From contig OY776510.1 in NCBI GenBank assembly GCA_963675665.1, positions 1,184,001-1,248,000 on the forward strand: DNA of 64,000 bases. The letters run 5' to 3'. This document shows positions 34,401 through 41,020 of the stretch, one piece after another. The notes under the pieces were generated by a model, which searched no databases, was not told the origin of the DNA, and worked only from the letters and a program-made list of their open reading frames with translations. The number at the start of each line of letters is the position of its first letter. The stretch's first letter is position 1. A program made the position numbers and the translations under genes. This stretch comes from Spirochaetia bacterium. Its GTDB lineage: Bacteria > Spirochaetota > Spirochaetia > UBA9216.

Positions 34401-37400
34401 GGCAGACATGAACCTTGCCGGGCCTTTTTCACAGGCCGGAGCGGGCGAAACGGAGCTTGCCGGCGATATAATCACATCCTCCGACGATATTGATTTTATT
34501 GGAACGCTATGCATAGACGGCGGGCTGACAATATCGACAACCGGTGGTATGGCCCTGACATTCCCCGTTGATATTCATATCTATGCTCCGGGAGGCACAA
34601 TAACGTTGCCTGTTGACAGCCTGACATGCGATAACCTGGTTCTCTACGCAGGAACCCTTGATATGGGCGGCAACGATCTCCGGACCAATGAGGACCTCGT
34701 TTTACTGGGCGGAATCGGAGGGCCCACAACTTATGATGATGATGATCCGACAGGAGCCGCCGATGTATTTGCCTATGACAATCCACAGCGAAATTCAATC
34801 GAACCGGCGTTGTATAACCCTCTAGGTCCTGTTGATTTCCTGGCTGATTACAACGTTAATCTCATAGGAACTACCCCCTCTGGCACGGCATTTGCCGAAG
34901 CGGATTACGATGGGACGGTGGACGATCTTACCGATTCAACCGTAACCGTCGACGGGAATTTTTATACAAACGGCTGTTCCCTTCTTGCTTCAGGGGCCTG
35001 GTGGCTTCAAGTACGCAAAAATGATGATGCATCATCAGCATTTGCGGAGGCCTACAATATGACTGTTCAGAATTGTACGGTCGAAGAAAATCCTCTTGAT
35101 GATACAGGTGTGCTTATTGATGATTCGGGCGACATTGCCGCCGTGGAAAATGTTACGGTTCTGCCTGCCGATGCACACTGGCAAACCTCCCGGACTGCAC
35201 GGGTTGCGGCGGGAGTCTACACGGTTTATGACAATGTTATCCGGGTTGAATTTGATACTCCGATAGAGAACTCAAACGGGGAAATATCCAGTGTAATCGG
35301 TGAAATATATCTTGATGCTGGAAACACATTGCCTTTTACGGATGTCTACAGTGATATGGAGTGTCAGAATACACTGACTTCAGCCGACGGGGATGTATCC
35401 GTTTTCTATATAAGGATAGCAGGTACTACCTGGAATACTGACGCCTTGAGTGATGATCCGGGAGACGGAAACAGTACCGACAGGCATGATGTTCATCAGG
35501 CAACGCTTCCACAGATACATTTTGTGAAGAGTACCGGCACGGCGGATCCGAATCGTTCTTATATCCTGGTCGATCAGTATAAAAACAGAATCGAATCAGT
35601 TGCCCTTTCCGGCGCCGGCGATATAACCGATCATTGTCGTCCCGTTCTTCTCGAGGTTGCGGCGGGAATAGAAGCCCACGACAGCCCGCCGAGCGGCGCA
35701 ATGACCGAGGCTGATGCACATAACTATTTTGACCTCCGCTATTCCGAACCGGTAAATATCGGTACGGTTTCAACCCTGGCCAGCGGTTCGGATACCGCGC
35801 ACAACCGAAGCAGCGATGTACTGACGTTGTCTGGCTGGGACATAAACGGGGCCGGTACGGTAAGACTTGACAGCTTTTTTGATTATACGGGGACCATGAG
35901 TGCATTTTCATGGGATGCTTCGTCGACAAACAGTATTTACCGAGATGCAACCTTCCTCGGCGGGAATACCCACGGGGTACGAATCTATATAGCGGGTTAT
36001 TCAACAGCCGGGGCTGCTCCGGATTTTTACTGGCCGGGGTATATAATCACCGCAACGGATCCGGACCTCCAATCGGCGCTGGCTTTTTCGGATCCCGACG
36101 TAACTGATACAGCAACAGCAAGCAACCAGGTAGAGAAGGCAGATGATGACTATGACTTGGTGGAAGACAAGGGCGATCCGGCAATAGCAGGAAACTGGGA
36201 TGTGGATCCGCCGGGTTTTGCGCCGTACTCAGGAACATCGAGAGAGATAGTCAGCCTCGCCGACGCGATAACCGGTAAAATTAACCGGCTGGAGTTTCAT
36301 ATACTGGATGATTATACAGCGGACAGTGGCGGTTGGGATCCTGTCGGCAACCCGGCTATACACCCGGACCTTACGCACGGGGTTCGAGATTCAAGCCTGA
36401 ATGATGTCGATGCATTTTATATCGAAGAAGACAGTGTTGAGCCTAGAACTAACGCTTACAATATTGATTTTGTAACGGACGTAAACAACACGCTGTTTCT
36501 TACGCAGACCGGTCAGGATGATCCTTACTTTGCGATGAATATTTCAACAGCCGGGCACGACTGGAATTTGCTTTCCGAGTTGGTTGTCGAATATAATTCG
36601 TCTCTTGGTCGAATAACGGACCTGGCAGGAAACCTGCTGCCGAGTCAGGCCACTCCTATTTTCTGTATAGAAAGGGTCCCGCCCTATATCAGTCTTTCTT
36701 TGGGCGTAGTCGGGGGAACCAAAGTTTATGTTAAATTCTCGGAACCGGTTTTCGGATACGACGGATCGAATACCTCCGCTCTTACCATAGGCCATTTTAA
36801 TTCATCGGTCGGAAACGGGACCATACTAACCGGTATGGATGTTATTTCATACGGCGACAACGGGGGAGTCCTTGAAGCGTTCCTGTATCTGAATGAGCCG
36901 CTTTCCGAGAATGTTTCTTTATCAGGAACATTAAAGTCAAATGTCGATTCGATATCGGACCTTCTAAAAAATGCAATGATCAGCACCCGGCTGCACCGCG
37001 TAACGGACGTAGCCGCAGGGGTTGTTGAGCCGGTCTGGGCTTCCGACGGTGTGCATGCCGACTCGGACACCGGCAGCACCACAACTTCCGCGCTCAGGGC
37101 TTTTGACGGGACCGGAAAACTGATGGATCGGGACATAACCATTGAGGCCTCTGTATTGGCGAGCGGATATTCCGGACTGCCTGTTCAGCTTTTCTATGAT
37201 GCAAACCCGTCTGAGGATGTTGTTAACGACAACGGTCTCTGGCTGCCGTCTTTCGTTTCAATAGAACTGCCGACGCCTAATGAAGCCGCCAGGGGGCTTT
37301 CGTCCGTCCGTTCTGCAGGCGCTGTAAGGGATTTTATAATTCCGGCTTCAGATCCGGAAATGGCGGCAGGCAACGATATTGAGTTTGTTCTCAAGCTCGG

Positions 37401-37773
37401 AAATCTGTTCTCCATGCGAAGTCTGGATGTAAATGATCCGAGACTGTTGTCGCCCTGGATTATACCGATCGAAGACATCGTTCGTCAAAGCAGCGGGGTT
37501 ACAATCCTGAATAACGTGATTAACCCGACTCTTGGCGATAAAACGGTCATTACTTATGATCTCAAACAGCAGGGTATGGTTACCATAAACATCTTCAATC
37601 TTTCCGGCGACCTGATAAAAATCCTGTACCGCGGGGCGCAGGGTACGGGCAGTTACACCTATACCTGGGATGGAACCAACAGGGCCGGAAACCAGGTTGC
37701 CAGAGGGATTTACTTTATCCGTGTAGTAGCGCCGGGAATTGACGAGTTCAGAAAGGTAATGGTTGTAAAATAG
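22480..37773 (+). CDS. Giant (~5100 aa) secreted beta-helical adhesin / filamentous-hemagglutinin-like protein with C-terminal FlgD-Ig / T9SS-CTD-like domain
   Basis: Uninterrupted 15.3-kb ORF. Sec signal peptide from TTG 22480 (track start 22420). G/A/T/D/V-rich beta-helix-type repeats, a 175-aa tandem repeat, and a terminal NNVINP...WDGTN...RGIYFIRV...KVMVVK. Confidence 0.85.
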   Translation: MSRFRKISFALISFFIASTSAYTLDYTWTGGGADDLWSTDANWDLAGFPDDVTDTATINETAINGIPQIDNNYTINAITAADGTDIDVSGGPWNLIVSGDVTLGTGSLSASIRIVINAASTLSSDRTLEDLLVGAAVVLGTDLALNGDLQISAGSLTTGAHSLAVGGTCTVGATLVASGQTAAEATTLTGDLTVTGTFTAGAGDINAGSDVVFTGGTFTAGTGTFNFTGGNVQSVTAAGQSFNAIHAGKTGGSLTFSDALTASAVTTAAAAYDVAFNGATTTVTADANFLNTGTVTFGDDGDSLTFTGGLSTTAVTGGTNLFGTVSTTDTQMDLGAVTLDGNSTVVAGTGAINMASATDGAGSFSLDLQNGAATGTVTFTGNVTINDLNTFSSGYSVVFQGASNTIDTDTDFLNTGGLTLGNGGDSLTFDGGLSTTAVTGGTTVNGDIITSNDQIDFGAVTLGGASVIDSAGAIINITSVTGAGNTLGLDGGATGAITVSGAVDNILLLTVTDSASMTFAGTVGAGTSGAVTLTNTAGTVSFQNNTDITTLTTTGQGYNLSFTGTATSISNTAVFNNTGTLTLGNAGDTLTFPGGLDSSGGPVGTISVGGTINANGGNDIILESDDTITVTAPMSVNGAGTVSLSAADGISLTAAESDISTVGRTVTINADNDGNNTGDWTQSDAGSAVTSSGGAVSITAADIALTGTISSGAGDITLRPSTDARTIALNDATGSFSLDAAELTQLDSSGTVTVGRTTGTGTISVGSAGTLNLSGETYDLTLEGATSVTDFNFGGGNTLTLVNGGTLDLAAGGNVTASGVTDVTISGGTLQLSSAGSVTLVTQVADLGAGTTTGAVDLTNTDLSLDVTGAFSAGNNSITVNTGTGTFSNSTGTFSAGTQSVSITADDVNLYQTLTGTAGVTIQASTAARTIDIGTDLNLGLTDSDLDNISTNILTIGDALAGAVTVSAAVSPSSAATLHLVSDGGYTDGAGGTISVTNLAVSAGGDVVLDAGHSVLTVAISAPGQAITFTEADGFTVGTVAGVAGFDGSTVTITGVDGHVAVNDTAAANDINGTGAVSFILQGVNRRLTVDAGADIETAADGLIIEADRMTLNGSVTGTGQSVVLRPHTAGRLLDLGGADVIATTLGLTDAELDNVTAGVLTIGNAAMGAIDVSAAVSPAGTNTLHLISDEGFTDDAGITVANLAVDGDAAAVLDAGHDVDTLAFILTDNGAGFTFVDTDTLAVGSVDGVTGGVTNNGAISISTQDGSLTVNQAINAGTQTVQLEAGESVEGTTANLVLDANITGSSVALIAGDALNQTGGAISASSLGIEAETVTALTPPANLSTLAFNITGAGNFTFTDPDDFAVGTVGTVVGGTTADGNISLTATNGTITVSDNITAGGTGTVLLDANGGTSDISVGAVITSSSGIITLNADNDVGFGAAGSISSTSGNVSVTADADAAATGTSGAVTMNAASSVNAGSGTISLSADEGITLSLLQTTDNTGSAVSVVSGNGAIEEDGDAGIDIVANSVGAEVTLQADTGIGNGGTIETQAAAIDALNGTTGAIQLDEADGLIILQARNAGAGAITISTAGTTTVQAAGGGVVTGGTDAVSISVGGDASLTVNDAVASGGNTISLSADDDIIFGADGDVSSNGGVVTVTADNDNDNNGSGGALSMNDNTLVDAGNAAITFSADEDITLGSVVTTGVVVVGLTSKNGAVVDGGDSLVDVDAAAATLSIDAETGIGDGGAIDTMVDVLDAVNATSGALQVTETAAGGALQVYQAAQSSGGNAVNVQTVNGDLTVTAGQSGISVSGAATVTLTAGDNDASNDDDLIINDTVTAGSLQITLTSQSNDVRFGADGDVSTAGGEIEVNAGAAGAGLVTLANGTVLNAGAGLIDINGIGNVTLGRLVTSNNTASAVDVLSSAGQIIDGGNLGGADIAATWANAVVNLNAAGAIGVGDAIDTDIVTLTGSTTAAGNVEISETSDITIQSFTVSNGSFTLDAGGAVTATSVVLSSDAELNDISIASGGGGNITAGILTAGTGTLSDVSLNSAGIVTDAAGKITAQVLTADAAGAMTLDTTAVSIDAGASAVGNIIITETDAVTLTDIDTSNGDITVTAATGNINAGAVDDLDGGNTVTITADDGAINGVSHDATADISAATITLKADSGGIGTGTILDVNATVQLNADTTVDNGSILIEDVTGNLPIGTMTTGGAPGDITLWADNADQDVTDATGTVTCGVLTIRAGGDIGALTTFFPEAGFTPINTTASNLDLRSGIIAGAGSVIAVSDSASPGLTRVDASPAAAGTALIKAVVNLTGTATAGFEAADDIGLVSTGGAGTVTVPAGMDADDLRLDGNDLADSNGGDIDLDALNYLLKSGGAESFTITTAGGWIDAETTGALSVTNDGGAIVVDDNTTSGFGLLTTAAGDVVFNSSGDISLTTDGNISVNNGNLTILADSDDSNDDGSFIMAAGSSIDAGTGTIEIDTRDEITLTSLVSTNGTATAADIYSENGNIVFDSITTGAAGDITLVTDAGSVNETDDVGVDLSCNDLVITASAEIGSTATDLDIETDVDTMNISSTLAGDIVITEADGVTLSDVDTVNGNITITAGAVSVGDVDAPGRSITLTSSAAVNDAAADAVTDFSATTLIINAASGIGNTAILETEVDTLDIDNGAGANDIVIDETDAVIIIDAEQSTGGAIDISTANGTITVNGAINASGAGNIVLTAGGLNNDLDINSNIDGGTGQISLSPADIIYLGGDVTTTGSDIDFNAPTIVTDDTAYSVSTGGLSAGNITFTSTLDGDDANFNDSLVLTAGTGNIDFQGAAGVANDIGDVDIVSAADVTTAAAGFRSDTFLQQAGSGTTTLNGAMIINDAGVGAGTALDITAVNILVNDTITTLNDGPATFTVATLLDVAPGADMNLAGAFLQDGAGNVQTAGNIITSNDAVDFTGTVRLTDSESVVINSAGGDITFADTLDATTDFDEDLQLTAAGGSIDFQGAAGVANDLGDVDIVSAADVTTAAAGFRSDTFLQQAGSGTTTLNGAMIINDAGVGAGTALDITAVNILVNDTITTLNDGPATFTVATLLDVAPGADMNLAGAFLQDGAGNVQTAGNIITSNDAVDFTGTVRLTDSESVVINSAGGDITFADTLDATTDFDEDLQLTAAGGSIDFQGAAGVANDLGDVDIVSAADVTTAAAGFRSDTFLQQAGSGTTTLNGAMIINDAGVGAGTALDITAVNILVNDTITTLNDGPATFTVATLLDVAPGADMNLAGAFLQDGAGNVQTAGNIITSNDAVDFTGTVRLTDSESVVINSAGGDITFADTLDATTDFDEDLQLTAAGGSIDFQGAAGVANDIGDVDIVSAADVTTAAAGFRSDTFLQQAGSGTTTLNGAMIINDAGVGAGTALDITAVNILVNDTITTLNDGPATFTVATLLDVAPGADMNLAGAFLQDGAGNVQTAGNIITSNDAVDFTGTVRLTDSESVVINSAGGDITFADTLDATTDFDEDLQLTAAGGSIDFQGAAGVANDLGDVDIVSAADVTTAAAGFRSDTFLQQAGSGTTTLNGAMIINDAGVGAGTALDITAVNILVNDTITTLNDGPATFTVATLLDVAPGADMNLAGAFLQDGAGNVQTAGNIITSNDAVDFTGTVRLTDSESVVINSAGGDITFADTLDATTDFDEDLQLTAAGGSIDFQGAAGVANDLGDVDIVSAADVTTAAAGFRSDTFLQQAGSGTTTLNGAMIINDAGVGAGTALDITAVNILVNDTITTLNDGPATFTVATLLDVAPGADMNLAGAFLQDGAGNVQTAGNIITSNDAVDFTGTVRLTDSESVVINSAGGDITFADTLDATTDFDEDLQLTAAGGSIDFQGAAGVANDLGDVDIVSAADVTTAAAGFRSDTFLQQAGSGTTTLNGAMIINDAGVGAGTALDITAVNILVNDTITTLNDGPATFTVATLLDVAPGADMNLAGPFSQAGAGETELAGDIITSSDDIDFIGTLCIDGGLTISTTGGMALTFPVDIHIYAPGGTITLPVDSLTCDNLVLYAGTLDMGGNDLRTNEDLVLLGGIGGPTTYDDDDPTGAADVFAYDNPQRNSIEPALYNPLGPVDFLADYNVNLIGTTPSGTAFAEADYDGTVDDLTDSTVTVDGNFYTNGCSLLASGAWWLQVRKNDDASSAFAEAYNMTVQNCTVEENPLDDTGVLIDDSGDIAAVENVTVLPADAHWQTSRTARVAAGVYTVYDNVIRVEFDTPIENSNGEISSVIGEIYLDAGNTLPFTDVYSDMECQNTLTSADGDVSVFYIRIAGTTWNTDALSDDPGDGNSTDRHDVHQATLPQIHFVKSTGTADPNRSYILVDQYKNRIESVALSGAGDITDHCRPVLLEVAAGIEAHDSPPSGAMTEADAHNYFDLRYSEPVNIGTVSTLASGSDTAHNRSSDVLTLSGWDINGAGTVRLDSFFDYTGTMSAFSWDASSTNSIYRDATFLGGNTHGVRIYIAGYSTAGAAPDFYWPGYIITATDPDLQSALAFSDPDVTDTATASNQVEKADDDYDLVEDKGDPAIAGNWDVDPPGFAPYSGTSREIVSLADAITGKINRLEFHILDDYTADSGGWDPVGNPAIHPDLTHGVRDSSLNDVDAFYIEEDSVEPRTNAYNIDFVTDVNNTLFLTQTGQDDPYFAMNISTAGHDWNLLSELVVEYNSSLGRITDLAGNLLPSQATPIFCIERVPPYISLSLGVVGGTKVYVKFSEPVFGYDGSNTSALTIGHFNSSVGNGTILTGMDVISYGDNGGVLEAFLYLNEPLSENVSLSGTLKSNVDSISDLLKNAMISTRLHRVTDVAAGVVEPVWASDGVHADSDTGSTTTSALRAFDGTGKLMDRDITIEASVLASGYSGLPVQLFYDANPSEDVVNDNGLWLPSFVSIELPTPNEAARGLSSVRSAGAVRDFIIPASDPEMAAGNDIEFVLKLGNLFSMRSLDVNDPRLLSPWIIPIEDIVRQSSGVTILNNVINPTLGDKTVITYDLKQQGMVTINIFNLSGDLIKILYRGAQGTGSYTYTWDGTNRAGNQVARGIYFIRVVAPGIDEFRKVMVVK
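30958..34422 (+). repeat. Intragenic tandem repeat, 525-bp (175-aa) unit, 6.6 copies, near-identical
   Basis: GACTTCCAGGGCGCC recurs at 30961, 31486, 32011, 32536, 33061, 33586 and 34111; I found only three variable positions. Confidence 0.97.
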
Positions 37774-37777
37774 AGTA

Positions 37778-38944
37778 TCAGTCGAAGCTGCCGTCGGCTG
37801 AATATTCCAGATAAGGTTCCGATATCAGAACGCTTCCGACATCGAAACCGTGGCAGCCGCACTGGGTATTTGTCGGAACTACGGATATTAATAATACCGG
37901 TTCAAGGATGTTGCCGGAGTTGTCAATCTGGATGCTGCCTGTTTCAAGGTAGACCTTGGTCCAGCTTGTCCATCCTGAACTGGACTCCGGCTCAAAAGTC
38001 TCGTAATATGATTTGTTATTCAGTTCGTTCTGAAGCGACTTAACTGAAAGCGTAACGTTTTCCGATGCCATTCGGTTGAGTCCGTTGGCATTCGGACTGA
38101 TTTCCGGATCGTTCAGGACTTTAATTGAAAACCTGTAATAGCCGGAAAGAAGATCCGGTCTTGAGCCTGTCAAATCGTTGAATGGCACCCTGAAGGCCAG
38201 GGCTGCTCCGGTATCTGTTCTTCCGACCCGAAGGTTGTCTATATAACCTTCCTGAATCGGACTTTGTGCTGCTGTTTTTCCAATAGTGAAATAAGTGCCT
38301 GTGCTGTTATATGTAAATGAGCTGTCGACATAGTCAGTAAAGGCTTCCGGAACAAGGTAAAGGCTGCTGAACGTAGAGATAGTAAGCGACCATAATTCCT
38401 GGTCGCCGGCTTCTCCCGGCCACTGTTCGAAAGCGATGTTGCTTGAAAGAGATTTAAGACCGAATCTGAGCACATAATTGCCATCCGATGAAAATCCGGA
38501 AAGATAGCTGTTAAGATTAAAATCTATACGATCTTCAGGGTCTGGAATGTCAAAATGATAAACATTTCCGGCTATATCGTTCGGCACCACACCGGCTTCG
38601 ATCGCTCCTGTAGGAACCCCGCCTGTACCGCCGCCGTCTATTGAGTTTCCCGTAGCTGTTCCTGATTCAAACCCGCCGTCGTTCATAAGATTAACCAGTT
38701 CAAGCCGGAAGACTGTCGAAGTTGTGTCGTCAAGCCCGGTTGTTGTGTACGAGGTGCTACCTATGTCTACAGCTACAAGGTAGTCAAAGCTGGTCGTGAC
38801 ATCATATTCCACGTTCCATGATGAAAATGATAAATCAGGTGATGTCAGAATTTGAGATTGTTCCAGTTCCTCAAAATAGTTTCCCGACAGGCAGGAGATT
38901 AAAAGAGAAATAGATAATATTGATAAAAGCAGCAGTCTTCTCAT
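37778..38944 (-). CDS. Hypothetical lipoprotein
   Basis: MRRLLLLSILSISLLIS-C spirochete-type lipobox; NLMNDGGFE resembles the start of a carbohydrate-binding-like domain. Confidence 0.7.
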   Translation of the reverse strand: MRRLLLLSILSISLLISCLSGNYFEELEQSQILTSPDLSFSSWNVEYDVTTSFDYLVAVDIGSTSYTTTGLDDTTSTVFRLELVNLMNDGGFESGTATGNSIDGGGTGGVPTGAIEAGVVPNDIAGNVYHFDIPDPEDRIDFNLNSYLSGFSSDGNYVLRFGLKSLSSNIAFEQWPGEAGDQELWSLTISTFSSLYLVPEAFTDYVDSSFTYNSTGTYFTIGKTAAQSPIQEGYIDNLRVGRTDTGAALAFRVPFNDLTGSRPDLLSGYYRFSIKVLNDPEISPNANGLNRMASENVTLSVKSLQNELNNKSYYETFEPESSSGWTSWTKVYLETGSIQIDNSGNILEPVLLISVVPTNTQCGCHGFDVGSVLISEPYLEYSADGSFD

Positions 38945-39030
38945 GTACTAATTAATATATCTCTTATTATTGAAAAAGTCTAAAGTCTTTTCTTGTAAGA
39001 ATTAATAAAATTCTGCTATTATTGTCACAT

Positions 39031-39927
39031 ATGCCTGAAATTACAGTAATAATTCCTGTTTACAACCGTCCCGAAATGCTTCGGCAGGCAGTAGAGTCGG
39101 TATTTGAGCAGAGCTTTGCCGATTTTGAACTGATTATAGTTGACGACGGCTCCACTGACACGACCGGGGCCGTTGCCGCCGGGCTGGCCGCTGCCCCTGC
39201 GGCACGGGGGCGCTGCCGGGTTATAACAACGAAGCACCGCGGTTACCCCGGGGCGGCCCGCAACCGTGGAGCGGAAGAGGCTTTAGGTCGTTACCTGGCT
39301 TTTCTTGATTCTGATGATATCTGGACGCCCGAAAAACTTGAGATGCAGTCTTCATTTATGCATGAAAACCGCAGTGTTATAAGCCATACCAGAGAGCTGT
39401 GGCTGCGCGGGGAAAAGACGGTCAGCCAGAAAGGGCAGAAGCATAAACGTGAGGGGCACATTTTTGAAAATGCCCTTAAAAAATGCATAATAGGGCCTTC
39501 TACGGTTATGATGGAACGGGATTTTTACCTTCAGACCGGGGGATTTAACGAGAATCTTGAAATAGCCGAGGATTACGAGTACTGGTTGCGTATAACCTGT
39601 GGATATCCTGTGGGTTATGTGAATGAAATGCTTACGCATAAACGTGCGGGATCCTGGCCGCAGCTGTCGGAAAAATACGGAAAGATAGAATGGTACAGGC
39701 TGTGCGCACTTGCCGGACTTCTCGGGATTGATGTTCCGGGGGGTAACACGTCACATGAATATATGCCCGGCTACGAATGGATGGGCTTCAGCGGAGAAAA
39801 CCTTGCCGCTGCAACAGACGAGTTTATATTCAAATGTAAAGTCTGGTCGGACGGATGCAGAAAACGCGGAAAAATACACGAAGCTGAACAATTCGATGAT
39901 ATAATCAGGACATGCAAAACGAAATAA
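39031..39927 (+). CDS. Glycosyltransferase family 2
   Basis: VIIPVYNR, VDDGSTD, AARN.G, FLDSDD, EDYE motifs. Confidence 0.92.
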   Translation: MPEITVIIPVYNRPEMLRQAVESVFEQSFADFELIIVDDGSTDTTGAVAAGLAAAPAARGRCRVITTKHRGYPGAARNRGAEEALGRYLAFLDSDDIWTPEKLEMQSSFMHENRSVISHTRELWLRGEKTVSQKGQKHKREGHIFENALKKCIIGPSTVMMERDFYLQTGGFNENLEIAEDYEYWLRITCGYPVGYVNEMLTHKRAGSWPQLSEKYGKIEWYRLCALAGLLGIDVPGGNTSHEYMPGYEWMGFSGENLAAATDEFIFKCKVWSDGCRKRGKIHEAEQFDDIIRTCKTK

Positions 39928-40958
39928 TTAAAGAAACGAACCTTCTTGACGTTAGGGGCAATATCGCCGAACCTGGGTGGGCGCGAAAGTCATTATATAA
40001 ATACGACAGAAGCGCAATCAGGGCCCCCGGATTCAGAATCAAGGAATGGGACTATTACTGCGTTATGTCGGCGGAGTACGGGCTTGCTCTTACTGCGGCG
40101 GACAACGGATATATGGGTTTTTTTGCGGTTACGTTGTTTGATTTCAGAAAATGTTCTGAAACTTCCGGAACAGTTATGACGTTTCTTCCGCTCGGTAAAT
40201 ACGGCATGCCTTCTTCTACGGTTACAGGTGATGTGCTTGTCGATGAACGGGCAATCAGGATGTCATTTGTTCACGAGGGGCGAAAAAAGGTGTTGCGGCT
40301 CGATTATCCGGCCTTTGACAAAGGCCGGGGTATTACGGCCGAACTGGAGCTTTTCCCTCCTGCAGAAGATTATGACCGGATGGTGATTGCTACTCCGTTC
40401 AACAAACGCGGCAGATTCTATTTCAATGAAAAGCACAATTGCCTCAGCGCGTACGGTAAAGTTGAAAGCGGAGATTTTAAATATGTTTTCGGGGCGGATG
40501 ATTCGTCAAAGGCCATGGCTGTTCTGGACTGGGGGCGCGGAGTCTGGACGTATAAAAATACATGGTACTGGGGTTCTGCTTCAGGAGAGGTCGACGGAGT
40601 GCCTTTCGGATTTAATATCGGCTACGGTTTCGGAGACACTACGGCAGCCACCGAGAATGCACTTTTTTACAACGGAAGGGCACATAAGCTTGAGCACGTA
40701 AGCTTTAATATTCCCGGTGAGTCGGAAGGAAACGAACGTTATATGGAACCCTGGAAATTTACCAGTTCGGACGGACGCTTTGAAATGGATTTTGAGCCGG
40801 TCCTCGATCGTTTTTCCGATACCAATGTTATTATTATCCGAAGCAGCCAGCACCAGGTGTTCGGCCGCTTTTCAGGTAGGGCTGTGCTTGATGACGGTAA
40901 AATCATTGATTTGAAAGATTTTCCGGGCTTCGCCGAGAAGGTCTTCAACAGGTGGTAA
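39912..40958 (+). CDS. DUF2804 family protein
   Basis: KEWDYY, LDWGRGVW, W.W.S, ATENA, HQVFG, GFAE motifs. Confidence 0.8.
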   Translation: MQNEIIKETNLLDVRGNIAEPGWARKSLYKYDRSAIRAPGFRIKEWDYYCVMSAEYGLALTAADNGYMGFFAVTLFDFRKCSETSGTVMTFLPLGKYGMPSSTVTGDVLVDERAIRMSFVHEGRKKVLRLDYPAFDKGRGITAELELFPPAEDYDRMVIATPFNKRGRFYFNEKHNCLSAYGKVESGDFKYVFGADDSSKAMAVLDWGRGVWTYKNTWYWGSASGEVDGVPFGFNIGYGFGDTTAATENALFYNGRAHKLEHVSFNIPGESEGNERYMEPWKFTSSDGRFEMDFEPVLDRFSDTNVIIIRSSQHQVFGRFSGRAVLDDGKIIDLKDFPGFAEKVFNRW

Positions 40959-40986
40959 GAAAAAGAACCCGGGCATGTGCCCGGGT
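40958..40986 (-). terminator. Terminator between convergent DUF2804 and lipoprotein genes
   Basis: ACCCGGGCA-TG-TGCCCGGGT (40967-40986) with a T-rich tail on the minus strand. Confidence 0.7.
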
Positions 40987-41020
40987 ATCTGAAGAGTGTT
41001 ACATGTTTATCTGTACTTTA

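Noticed and set aside
30958-34422. Possible CRISPR array or DGR template/variable repeats
   Set aside because: The units are 525 bp, contiguous and in frame with no spacers. The differences are not adenine-specific, and the window has no cas or reverse transcriptase gene.
30843-34514. 1223-aa antisense ORF, and many shorter antisense ORFs across 22.5-37.5 kb
   Set aside because: These are shadows of the giant gene. Its codon usage and the tandem array leave the mirrored frame stop-free, and there is no RBS or domain signature.
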